Shown here in pieces: positions 33,534 to 43,578 of a stretch of 64,000 nt of DNA. Made by a program: the position numbers and the translations under genes. Source of the DNA: an uncultured delta proteobacterium (GTDB taxonomy: Bacteria; Desulfobacterota; Desulfobacteria; Desulfobacterales; B30-G6); the NCBI GenBank assembly GCA_963823335.1, contig CAWGLD010000007.1, forward strand, positions 192,001-256,000, written 5' to 3'. Below the pieces are notes generated by a model. That model ran no database searches. It had not been told where the DNA came from and saw only the letters and a program-made list of their open reading frames with translations. Within the stretch, counting starts at the first letter, position 1. Every line of letters begins with the position of its first letter.

Positions 33534-33925
33534 AAATTACAGACTCCTCGAACATATGTTAGATCCATGAAGTTTAATGGTTCTTAGCATATCACAACCA
33601 TGGGTATTTTTAGCCCGCCTGCATTTTCAAGTTATCATGGGGAAAGTCGGCCAAGCCGATTTTCCCCTTTTTGCATTTTCGTTAGAAAATTGATATCTGT
33701 AATGGTGATTGTGGCCGGAAAGATTCCTGAATTTCATGGTATCGCAGGATTTTTGAAGGACCTGAAACCGGCTATGTTCTCCATGTATCTTTATTGCTAA
33801 AATAATTAGTGTTTGTTACTATGACACTCAATTGTTCATGGTCATTGCAAGTCGTTACCAATTAGCCTTAATCATAGGTAACGCATTATTAACTTCTATA
33901 TATTATCTGCGAAGGAGGATGTTCT

Positions 33926-34606
33926 ATGCGAAATGGATTCCCGAAACACCTGAAGATGGTTACGGTATTATTTTGCGTTGGTTTGCTTTTGGCTTTTGTC
34001 CTTAGTTGCAGTGGTGGTAGCGGTGGTGGTGGTGGCGGTGGTGATGATGACGATCAGTCTCTTACAGTCACCGGCAAATCCGGGAATCTTGTTAACTTGG
34101 ATGGTACTTGGGAATCAGAATGTGTAGCCGATATAGCGGATGGTGAGTCAGAAATGTGGGTTATGACTATTTCAGGTTCTACATTTTCACGGAATGATAG
34201 CAATTGGTTTGACTCAACGGACTGTTCTGGAGCATTCGACGTTACAGTGACTATAAGCGGGACAGTCGTTTTGGGGGATGAGCTTACAGTTTCAATGAAC
34301 GGCTCAAATGTTACCGCCACAGAAAATGATATCACACTAAGCTCATATGAAGCCACAATTAATAATCCAGATTTAGTTGCAGGTATAAATGCAGACGAGG
34401 AATGTGGCTTTGATGACTGGGTGGTAGACACTCCCAAGGATCTTCTCGGAACATCTTGTGCGCCTGATTCAGACATAAAGGACGTAGTATATGTCGATGA
34501 CACAGTTGATCCTAACGTTTGGAATAGCGGAGATGGTGAAGGACCAAATGATGTAAATGGCTATCCAGCTGAGATTGATCCAGATACTGCAATGGAGCGA
34601 ATGTAG
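33926..34606 (+). CDS. Acidic lipoprotein (cassette gene)
   Basis: Lipobox VLSC then Gly linker; hairpin terminator at 34639-34678. Confidence 0.75.
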   Translation: MRNGFPKHLKMVTVLFCVGLLLAFVLSCSGGSGGGGGGGDDDDQSLTVTGKSGNLVNLDGTWESECVADIADGESEMWVMTISGSTFSRNDSNWFDSTDCSGAFDVTVTISGTVVLGDELTVSMNGSNVTATENDITLSSYEATINNPDLVAGINADEECGFDDWVVDTPKDLLGTSCAPDSDIKDVVYVDDTVDPNVWNSGDGEGPNDVNGYPAEIDPDTAMERM

Positions 34607-35308
34607 ATTACTGTGTGGCAGGATGACAATGTGTAATCAAATAGTAGCAGCAGGCTTGAACTCCTGCTGCTACTATTTCAGCAGAGAATCATCAGAATAA
34701 AGATTCTATTTGGTTTGATATATGAGTTAGGGATGTGTGTTTCCATCCATTAAACAGGCGCAGCTGAAGGAGTGATATATCATGGCTCTATTCACTTTTA
34801 TGCTCCTTGTAAAATTGCAGATTTCTCCAACAAAACGGTAGATATCAGACCCCTAAAATATTACCGGTGTGCGATTATAATCACAATCGGCCGTTTCTTA
34901 CATTGATGGGTGTTTCCGGTGCACGATTGACATAATTAGATGGTATCGGTAAAATTATTTGATATTCCAAAATGTCAGGTTATCTCCATGTATCGGTACT
35001 TGGCTGATATTTGGTTTTCAGACAAGATACCACATGCTTTTCACTTCCAAAAATGATTTGACAATATCAAATAATTGCAGCATAGTTTTTTAAACATACT
35101 TAAAGTTCAGTTGAAACTGGATTAATTTTGTCTTAAATCTACAATTCCTATCGCATCTCTATCTACTGACCTCAATCACAACATCGAGTTGATCTGCAAT
35201 CTGTTCTTCTTTCATTCCTGATCATTTGATTTTCATTACTTTGTGGTGTTGAAAATTCCTTTGGAATTTTCTTTATTGTCAAACAACAAACATTAAAGGA
35301 GTGAAAAA

Positions 35309-35785
35309 ATGAAAGTTTACTCAAGAGTTTTATTCTCTCGAAAATTTATTGTGGTTGTTAGTTTCCTTTTACTTTTTGGTATTTTTATTATGCCTGCCAT
35401 GGCATCTGACCGCTTTGTTAACAATGGCGATGGTACTGTTACAGACACAAAGACTGGACTGATGTGGTCAGCAGCAGACAATGGGAATCACATAAACTGG
35501 AAGGATGCCTGTTCTTATTGTCAAAGTTGCAGTGTTGGCGGCCACACAGACTGGCGAATGCCAACATTGGCAGAACTAAAAAGTCTTTATGCTCCTGTAA
35601 TAACGAACGAATATGGTTACCATATTACTACATTTATAGGTACTACTGCCGAAAGTTGTTGGGCTTCAGAGACTCGTGGCGAGGAAGCTGCCCGTTTTAA
35701 TTTCAGGTATGGGCAAGAGTATTGGCTGCGACAATTTCACTCAGGCTCAGGTAGGGCCTTACCTGTGCGGAATGTTAATTATTAA
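35309..35785 (+). CDS. DUF1566 secreted protein, copy 2
   Basis: Protein identical to 21900-22376. Confidence 0.88.
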   Translation: MKVYSRVLFSRKFIVVVSFLLLFGIFIMPAMASDRFVNNGDGTVTDTKTGLMWSAADNGNHINWKDACSYCQSCSVGGHTDWRMPTLAELKSLYAPVITNEYGYHITTFIGTTAESCWASETRGEEAARFNFRYGQEYWLRQFHSGSGRALPVRNVNY

Positions 35786-36417
35786 ACCGGATCCTAACAT
35801 TCGGAGATATACAAGTTGTCAGTTGCAGACCGCTCCACGGGGCTGTAACTGTTTTTGATGACACATCACAATTGAATTAGCAGTGAACTTTTAATTTAAA
35901 GAAAAACAGACTTTATGTCGTACAGCTCCAACAAAAACAAAGATATCAGACCCCCGAAAAATTGCCGGTGTGCGAAAATAATCACAACAGGTCAAATCTT
36001 GCATTCATGGAGCCTGCCATGCTACCGTGGACATTACCATATGGTATCGGTAAAATTTGCATCGGGCTTGATAACTGGACTTCTCTCCATGTATCACCAG
36101 TTGACCTATTATTTGACATGCGATTTAGATCTCGTTATATATATTCATCCATATACCGCTACCGCAGAGTCTTACCTGTCATTAACCTGATGACAGGGCT
36201 GATGTGATCCTGATCTTCTGAATTTTCGATCCTCTTGTCATTTTATCCATTATTATATCAACATGTGATCGATATGGAAATTTATCTGATCATAGGATGC
36301 CTGAAGTTTCTGATGTGATGCCTCTGGAGACGATATTATTTCGCTTTGGAGGCCAATTGGGTTGGCAATCATTCGGTCAAATTAGTGAATTTAGGATAAG
36401 AACAGAAGGGGGAAATA

Positions 36418-36765
36418 ATGGCTGACAGCGCTCTATTAATAGGTTGGAATCGCAGTTTTGCAGGTCGAGAACAGCAAGCTATGAAGCTTTTTATGAAAAC
36501 AACTGAATATTACAACCAATTGCAGGATGATGGAAAGATTGAAAACTTTGAACCGGTGTTACTTGAGGGCCACGGGGGTGATTTGAACGGATTTGTATTG
36601 ATAAGGGGAGATTCAGCTAAGTTGGATGAGATCAAAAGGGAGGAAACTTTCATTAGTTATTCGATAGAGGCAAATTTTTGTCTACAAAATTTCGGTATAA
36701 TAAAATGCGTAATTGGAGATGGCTTAACAGATGTATTGACACAATGGTCAAAGCATTTCAGTTGA
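36418..36765 (+). CDS. Hypothetical protein (cassette gene)
   Basis: 115-aa ORF with RBS; HGGDLNGFVLIRG. Confidence 0.7.
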   Translation: MADSALLIGWNRSFAGREQQAMKLFMKTTEYYNQLQDDGKIENFEPVLLEGHGGDLNGFVLIRGDSAKLDEIKREETFISYSIEANFCLQNFGIIKCVIGDGLTDVLTQWSKHFS

Positions 36766-36891
36766 TCAATGAAAGGCATTATCTGTTCGAACAGGCTGGA
36801 GGTCTGAAATGACCTCTGGCCACTGTTCTTTCCAACATCATTTCTGCATCATCTTTATTGAACCAAAAACCCACTGGAAGGTGATCTCAAC

Positions 36892-37002
36892 ATGTCCAAC
36901 AGTGATAGCGAAAAGGTCACACGCAAGCTCTGCTCCATTCTTTCTGCCGATGTTAAGGGGTATAGCCTCCTCATGGCAGATGATGAGGTGCATAGCCGTG
37001 GA
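36892..37002 (+). pseudogene. N-terminal fragment of a class III adenylate cyclase, cut at repeat R17
   Basis: MSNSDSEKVTRKLCSILSADVKGYSLLMADDE resembles the RKLxAILSADVKGYSRLM start of cyclase proteins. Confidence 0.7.
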
Positions 37003-37398
37003 TATCCAACAAAACGTTAGATATCAGGCACCCTAAAATTTACCGGTGTGCGAAAATTATCACAACAGACGGAATCTTGCATTGTTAAGCCCTACCGTGA
37101 TACCTTCGCGATGACCAGATGGTATCGGTAATTTTATCTGAAAAATTGATAACTGGACTTCTCTCCATGTATCTGTATTGTGACGAGCTTTGGTTTTACG
37201 ATAATGCGCATCACTGTTTTGATTGTTCTGGAATACCATCTGAAATGGAAGGATAATTTGGGACTATTGATTGCAATGAGAAGGCAGCAAAATCTGCATG
37301 GGGTGATGTGACATATTTCTAAATTAAGTAGCAGTAAACGCCTTGGAAATTCACCATCAAACGCACAGAATATTCTGAGTCACAGCAGGTATCTTTAT

Positions 37399-37974
37399 AT
37401 GATAGATAAAATACCTAACTTATTGAGTGGATTTCGCCTTGTTGCGGCGCCCTTTATGCTTTACCTATCTTGGATAGGTTTACGAAAAACTTTCCTTGCT
37501 TTACTTGTGCTTAGTTTGTTGTCGGATGCAATTGATGGTTTTATTGCGAGAAGACTATACGTTAGTTCTGATATAGGTGCTAAATTAGACAGTTGGGGAG
37601 ATTTGGCAACTTATCTCACAGTGCCGATTTGCATTTGGTGGCTATGGCCAGAGATAGTGAAACGAGAGGCGCCCTTTGTAATAATAATACTCGGAGCATA
37701 TATTGTACCTTTAATAGCTGGTTTCGCAAAGTTTCGAAAACTACCAAGCTATCACACGTGGGGGGCTAAGATAGCTGCAGTTTTGATGGGCATTGCTGTT
37801 TTTGCTCTGCTAATGATAGATATTTCATTGCCTTTCAGATGTGCCGCTTTAGTCCAAGCTTTAGTAGCATGTGAGGAGGTGGCTATTACTTTACAACTGA
37901 AGGAGTTGAAGAGCAACGTTAAATCTATTTGGCACGTTAAACAAATTATTAGCAAAAACCAAAGAGATACATAG
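37399..37974 (+). CDS. CDP-alcohol phosphatidyltransferase (cassette gene)
   Basis: IPNLLS, DAIDGFIARR...GAKLDSWGD. Confidence 0.92.
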   Translation: MIDKIPNLLSGFRLVAAPFMLYLSWIGLRKTFLALLVLSLLSDAIDGFIARRLYVSSDIGAKLDSWGDLATYLTVPICIWWLWPEIVKREAPFVIIILGAYIVPLIAGFAKFRKLPSYHTWGAKIAAVLMGIAVFALLMIDISLPFRCAALVQALVACEEVAITLQLKELKSNVKSIWHVKQIISKNQRDT

Positions 37975-38152
37975 CTCTTAAAAGTTCTTCATAATATTCC
38001 AATTTATGATATCTGGAATTTGGTTCAACTGGTAATATTCTCCATCTTTCTGTATTTCGATGATACTTGGATTATTGACCATATCTCCAAACAGCATTGT
38101 TGGAACAGCAAATAGAGATTAAGAATAAGTAATTTTGTCGAGGGGAAAAACA

Positions 38153-38957
38153 ATGGGTATATTTCAAGATAAGGTAATCATCGTAACTGGAGCGTCCGAA
38201 GGGATAGGACGTTCTTTATGTTTAGCACTTTCTTCTCAGAAACCTAAACTTGTAATGGCCGCGAGAAATAAAGACCGACTTATGCAATTACAGGAGGAGG
38301 TAGAATCTAAAGGGTCAACATCAGTTGTTGTGCCAACTGACGTGAGCGAAGAGAAGGATTGTAAAGATCTTATTGAAAAAACCATTTCAGAATTTGGTCG
38401 TTTAGATGTTCTTGTCAACAATGCTGGCAGAACCATGTGGACAACGCTCGAAGATATGGCAGAACCATCTATTATTGAACAACTTATGCGCATCAATTAT
38501 TTTAGGCGCTGCCTATTGTACATATTATGCACTATCCCACCTGAAAAAAAGTAAAGGACTAATTGTGGGAATTTCAAGTCTTGCCGGTTTGAACGGTGTG
38601 CCAACCCGAACAGCTTATTCAGCGACCAAACATGCCATGTTTGGTTTTTTTGATTCGCTCAGAATTGAATTGATGGGAACCGGCGTTACAGTGACGATGA
38701 TAGCTCCGGATTTCGTTCTCAGTGAAATTCATCGACGTGCATTTGGCAAAGACGGAAAACCGCTTGGATCAAGCCCGTTGCAGGAAGACAAAGTTATGAC
38801 TGCAAATGAATGTGCATCCAGAATTATAAAGGCTATGGAAGACCGGGATCGCCTGGCAATTCTATCATTTAGAGGAAAACTTGGTCGGTGGATGAAGCTT
38901 ATCGCGCCGGGATTTATTGACCAGATAGCTTCAAAAGCAATTCGCGATGCCAAATAG
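38153..38957 (+). pseudogene. Frameshifted SDR oxidoreductase
   Basis: TGASEGIG and NNAG in one frame; YSATK in another; shift at the T-run near 38500. Confidence 0.85.
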
Positions 38958-39157
38958 TTGCATGTAGGCAATCTGGCACAAAACCTGGGCACTACTCCTA
39001 TAAAACGGTAGATATCAGACCCCTAAAAATTTACCGGTGTGCGAAAATAATCACAATAGACCAAATCCTGCATTGATAGGGTCTCCCATGTTACGCTGGG
39101 CATGACCAGATGGTATCGGCAATATTTTCAAATTATCGGATAGTTGGACTTGTCTCC

Positions 39158-40937
39158 GAGACTGTCGAAAAAGATCCTCCTATCTAACCTTAAAAGATGT
39201 ATAATTATCTCTATAAACCGTTGACATATCCTACCGTTATGCTAGTCATTGTTTAGGTAAATGAGCAAATGACAATGGCCAAACATACAGGAATTAGGCA
39301 TGGCAAAGTATAAGCACTACGACTACTCTCAAAGTTTATTGATACCTGTTTCCCTCCAAAAACAATTGATGCCAGGGACGTTAGAGTTCGCCATCCACAC
39401 CCTTGTGGAACGGCGGATGGATATGTCCGTATTTGATACGAGGTATCAAAACGACGATACCGGCCGCAGTGCCTATAATCCTAAGATACTACTGAAAGTT
39501 GTCTTGCTTGCTTATTCACGTGGGTTGATATCATCACGCCAAATCGAACGAGCATGTTGTGAGAATGTGACTTTTATGGCGATGTCATGCAACCAACGTC
39601 CTGATCACAGCACCATTGCTTCATTCGTTTCTTCTATGGAAGATCAAATTCAACCTCTGTTCAGCGATATTCTTTTAGTATGCGAGCAAGAGAATCTTTT
39701 AGGCGGAACCTTCTTTGCCATTGATGGCTGCAAGCTATCGTCCAATGCATCCCAAGAATGTAGTGGGAAAATAGATGATTTGAAGAAAAAGAAAGAAAAG
39801 CTTGAACATAAGATTAAGTCATTGGTTCGAGATCATCTTGAAAAAGACCAATCAGACGATAGGGCCAAGACACAGATGGCTGCAAATCATGACAAACAAA
39901 CTGAGAGACTTAAGCGGCAGGCTGAAAAGATTGAGCAATGGCTTTCGGAAAACGACAAAAAAATTGGCGCCTATGGAAAAGAACTTCACAGCAATGTAAC
40001 TGACAACGATTCTGTTAAAATGCATACCTCACACGGAACCGTTCAGGGTTATAACTGTCAGGCGTTAGTCGATTCCAAGCACCAGGTAATTGTTCATGGC
40101 CAGGCAATAGGGAAAGGGCTTGATCATGAAAATCTGCCGCCGGTGATTGATGGTGCCAAAGAAAATATTCAAAGCATCGGCAAGCCAGAGGACTATTTCG
40201 AAGATAAGGTATTAACAGCTGATGCAAGCTACCACAGCATAACGAATATCAATAAATGCAATGACGAAAAGGTAGATGCTTATATTCCAGACAACAAATT
40301 CCGTAATCGAGATGAGAGGTTCTCAAGTCGGATAAACAATCAGTCAAATTCTAAAAAGTTTACATTTGCAGATTTTAAATATGACTGCAAACAGGATCAC
40401 TATGTTTGCCCAAATGGTAAACGGCTTAAGAGAAATGGGAAACCTGGTTTACACAGGGGCAAACTTTTAAAAAGATATATTTCTCGGGAGATAGATTGTA
40501 GGTCCTGTCGACTCAGGGCTAAGTGTCTTAGGTATGAAGATGCAAAACAGCGACATTTTACGTACTATGTGGATGCATCTGGCAAGAATATATCCCATGA
40601 AATGATCAAGAAGATTGAATCTGAAAAAGGTCGTAAAATCTATCCGCGAAGAATTGCCATCGTTGAACCAGTATTTGGAAACATCCGCATCCAAAAACGA
40701 ATGGACAGGCTTAACTTAAGGGGAAAGATAAAGGTAAATATTCAGTGGTTGCTGTACTGCATGGTACACAATATAGAGAAAGTGGCTAATTACGGGCATG
40801 CATAGGCTGTACAGACCAAATAAGTAGGCTGAATCTGTAAAATATGATAGCATCTTGAAGTAAAAAAGATGGATCTATTGAAATCGAGAATGTCGAGCGA
40901 TGAGCCGGTTCGCCGAAATGCCTTTTTCGACAGTCTC
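39158..40937 (+). mobile_element. IS1182-family insertion sequence
   Basis: 16-bp perfect terminal IR GAGACTGTCGAAAAAG / CTTTTTCGACAGTCTC; apparent TCC duplication. Confidence 0.92.
39300..40805 (+). CDS. IS1182-family transposase
   Basis: GRSAYNPKILLK, PDHSTIA, AIDGCK, GYNCQ, ADASY, VEPVFGNI. Confidence 0.92.
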   Translation: MAKYKHYDYSQSLLIPVSLQKQLMPGTLEFAIHTLVERRMDMSVFDTRYQNDDTGRSAYNPKILLKVVLLAYSRGLISSRQIERACCENVTFMAMSCNQRPDHSTIASFVSSMEDQIQPLFSDILLVCEQENLLGGTFFAIDGCKLSSNASQECSGKIDDLKKKKEKLEHKIKSLVRDHLEKDQSDDRAKTQMAANHDKQTERLKRQAEKIEQWLSENDKKIGAYGKELHSNVTDNDSVKMHTSHGTVQGYNCQALVDSKHQVIVHGQAIGKGLDHENLPPVIDGAKENIQSIGKPEDYFEDKVLTADASYHSITNINKCNDEKVDAYIPDNKFRNRDERFSSRINNQSNSKKFTFADFKYDCKQDHYVCPNGKRLKRNGKPGLHRGKLLKRYISREIDCRSCRLRAKCLRYEDAKQRHFTYYVDASGKNISHEMIKKIESEKGRKIYPRRIAIVEPVFGNIRIQKRMDRLNLRGKIKVNIQWLLYCMVHNIEKVANYGHA

Positions 40938-41005
40938 TCCATTAATCACCAGTTTCAGATTCAAGATTAATTAGCGTCTTCAGTTTCGCCAAATTTCCAC
41001 AACCC

Positions 41006-42918
41006 GTAGAGTCGAGGATGGGCGCGGTAGCCATTGCCCCGTTTCCCATCCCCGCTCATCAAACCGGACGTGCGGAGCTACCGCATCCGGCTTTCCGACT
41101 GGCTTCACCTTAAGGCACACGCCGTGTAGCATATTTCCTCGGCCTGGGTAACATAACACCAAGGTCACCAAAGACTTTCTCCGAAGGAAACTGATGGATG
41201 CCTCGCGAATGCACTTTATGCCGACTGACCAGGAAGCGCCTTACACGGTTGTAGACATTGCGCTCAACAGCACGGTACGCAATCTGTGTGGTACCATAGC
41301 AAAAGTAAGTACACCATCCACGCAATAGGACATTCAGCCGGTCACAAACATCCGGCCACGCACCCTTCTCACCGGGTCTAAGCATGATTTTTACCTTCTG
41401 CTTCAACCGTTTTACGCTTGTTTTCGATGGACTGGCTCCAGTGTACCACGTCCCTTTCTTCCGAAACCATATGCGGCCAAAAGTGTAACCAAGAAAATCA
41501 AAATTGCCCCTGCAGGCATCTCTGACAACGGTCTTATCCTGATTCAGCTTCAGTCCCAGTCTATCCATAACGGCACTGGTCCACTGCAAAGCTTCATCAG
41601 CTTTGCCATGACTCAGAATAACAAAATCGTCGGCATAAGAGACAACATGGGCACGGAATACTTCGTTACACCCTTTAACACGCCAGAATTTCAGAAAGCG
41701 GTTCATGTACAAATTCGCCAAAAGAGGACTGATCACACCGCCCTGCGGTGTCCCTTTCTTGCTTTTGCGGCCACCGCTCATCTGCCCTCGACCATCTTTG
41801 TCTCGATTCTCGACCGGTGCTTTAAGCCAGAGATTGATCAGCCGGAGCACATGACGATCCACAATCCTGCGAGCTACACATTGCATCAGCTCGTTGTGTG
41901 GAATCGTATCAAAATACTTCGACAAATCTGCATCAACAACATCTGTATACCCTTTGCAGAGTAGTTCATGGACCTTACGGATCGCATCCAAGGCACTACG
42001 CTTTGGACGGTAACCGTATGCATTGGGTTCCAGATCTGCCTCAAAGATCGGTTCGAGAACGAGCTTGGCGGCTGTTTGAATCACCCGGTCCCGTATGGTC
42101 GGTATCCCTAAAGGACGCCATCCACCACCCGGTTTAGGGATCTTCACGCGTAAAACTGATTGAGGACGGTACGCCTTTGTGCGCAGCTCCTCCCTGATCC
42201 CAAACAACCACTCATCCACTCCCCCCGACTCTACTTGCTTGAACGTCATCCCATCCACACCCGCAGAACCCCCGTTGGTTTTAGCCAATCGATAGGCGTG
42301 GTTCAGAATGTCAGTCCGATATATCTTGTCGTAGAGCAGATAGAAGCGAAAGTCTGGTTCCGCCTTCGCCTTAAGATAAAGCTTTCTCTGGAAAGTCCGA
42401 ATCTTATCTGGTGTTTGTAGGCTCATCGCCAATCACCTCTTCTCGTCTCCTTTAAAAGCACGCCAGAAGCAAGGGTCCTTCCCTCCACCGGCATTACCCG
42501 GCATCACAGGTAATATGACCCTCTCCGACTCCCGCCTGAATCAACACACGATCGTGTTGTTACGGATCGCAACTCCGTACCCAGGACGGGTCTCCCACGT
42601 TGCCCAAGACACCTTCCTGACATGCTGTCCCCATTACCCCGGTGGATCGAGATGGGCTGGTCGGTTACGTCCCTATCCCGCTTCGGCCTTCCCCGAATCT
42701 TGGGCGGGTCGGCATCCACAACTGTCCTTTCGGGGCCTGCTCAGGGTTCACTCGCGTTACTGCCTGCCAGGTTGCTGCAGCCCTATAGGCTTACATTTGT
42801 CCCCAGAGCTTCAGCAGGAAGGTCTCCCTGTCCCACTGTCTGGGTAGCTACCGGGATGAACCGATAATTTCCCGGACGGAACTTTCATCCGTTGGTGTAT
42901 TGCGCCCTCGTGGCGCAC
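41006..42918 (-). mobile_element. Complete group II intron
   Basis: 5' GTGCG at 42918; domain V AAGCCGGATGCGGTAGCTCCGCACGTCCGGTTT with AGC triad; 3' end CTCGACTCTAC at 41006. Confidence 0.93.
41110..42432 (-). CDS. ltrA: Group II intron reverse transcriptase/maturase (no endonuclease domain seen)
   Basis: RPLGIPTIRDR, GTPQGGVISPLLAN, YADD, FDFLG, X domain LRGWCTYF. Confidence 0.95.
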   Translation of the reverse strand: MAMSLQTPDKIRTFQRKLYLKAKAEPDFRFYLLYDKIYRTDILNHAYRLAKTNGGSAGVDGMTFKQVESGGVDEWLFGIREELRTKAYRPQSVLRVKIPKPGGGWRPLGIPTIRDRVIQTAAKLVLEPIFEADLEPNAYGYRPKRSALDAIRKVHELLCKGYTDVVDADLSKYFDTIPHNELMQCVARRIVDRHVLRLINLWLKAPVENRDKDGRGQMSGGRKSKKGTPQGGVISPLLANLYMNRFLKFWRVKGCNEVFRAHVVSYADDFVILSHGKADEALQWTSAVMDRLGLKLNQDKTVVRDACRGNFDFLGYTFGRIWFRKKGTWYTGASPSKTSVKRLKQKVKIMLRPGEKGAWPDVCDRLNVLLRGWCTYFCYGTTQIAYRAVERNVYNRVRRFLVSRHKVHSRGIHQFPSEKVFGDLGVMLPRPRKYATRRVP

Positions 42919-43086
42919 CAAGATCTTGTGGTTGCAATGTTTCCATTGTTTGCAAGCCACAGATCGTGGTATCAATAATTTAACATAATGGTAATGTTCT
43001 CCTCATCGCTTTAAACCACGTCATAAGCAATAGGATCTGTAAAATATAATACAGGACAGACTTCATAGAATCCAAAGGGGGTTGAT

Positions 43087-43578
43087 ATGGAAAGTGCAGT
43101 AAGGAAAATATTTATATTGGCAATCATCTCAATAGTGAGCTTTATCTTCACTATTCCAGTTTCAGCAGAGGACATTGAGGAGACCGTCAAATACAAAGCA
43201 CCAACTCTGGATCAGACACTTGGCTTCATCCAGGAAATGACATCGGGAACGTTAGGTTTTGAAGAGGGCGAATGCATACTGATCACCAGTGCTGTAATAA
43301 ACAGGGCTACCTTTGAATATAGAATACCGCTAAAGGAGATCAACCCAAGTCCAGGATCTGTAAAACAGCGCCTGACCTATGTTGACGTTGCCGTGGATAA
43401 CTATAAAAATAAAATTCAGCGCATAGGCAAAGATGGGAAAGAGGAATGGAAAAGCAAAGTGAGTATATGGACTGAAAACGAGTTGTCTGCTAAGCAGGTA
43501 GCAAATGCCTTGCGTTATTTGATCAGCATTTGTGGTGGAAAGACTTGTGTCGATTGTGATCCTTTTCCGTGGCAATAA
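43087..43578 (+). CDS. Secreted hypothetical protein (cassette gene)
   Basis: Signal peptide; followed by R19. Confidence 0.7.
   Translation: MESAVRKIFILAIISIVSFIFTIPVSAEDIEETVKYKAPTLDQTLGFIQEMTSGTLGFEEGECILITSAVINRATFEYRIPLKEINPSPGSVKQRLTYVDVAVDNYKNKIQRIGKDGKEEWKSKVSIWTENELSAKQVANALRYLISICGGKTCVDCDPFPWQ

Noticed and set aside
34010-34053. GGT/GAT microsatellite as a phase-variation tract
   Set aside because: It is an in-frame Gly/Asp linker after a lipobox; triplet changes would not switch expression.
41110-42432. Diversity-generating retroelement (RT plus duplicated DUF1566 genes)
   Set aside because: The RT lies within a complete group II intron, and the two DUF1566 proteins are identical with no adenine-specific variation.
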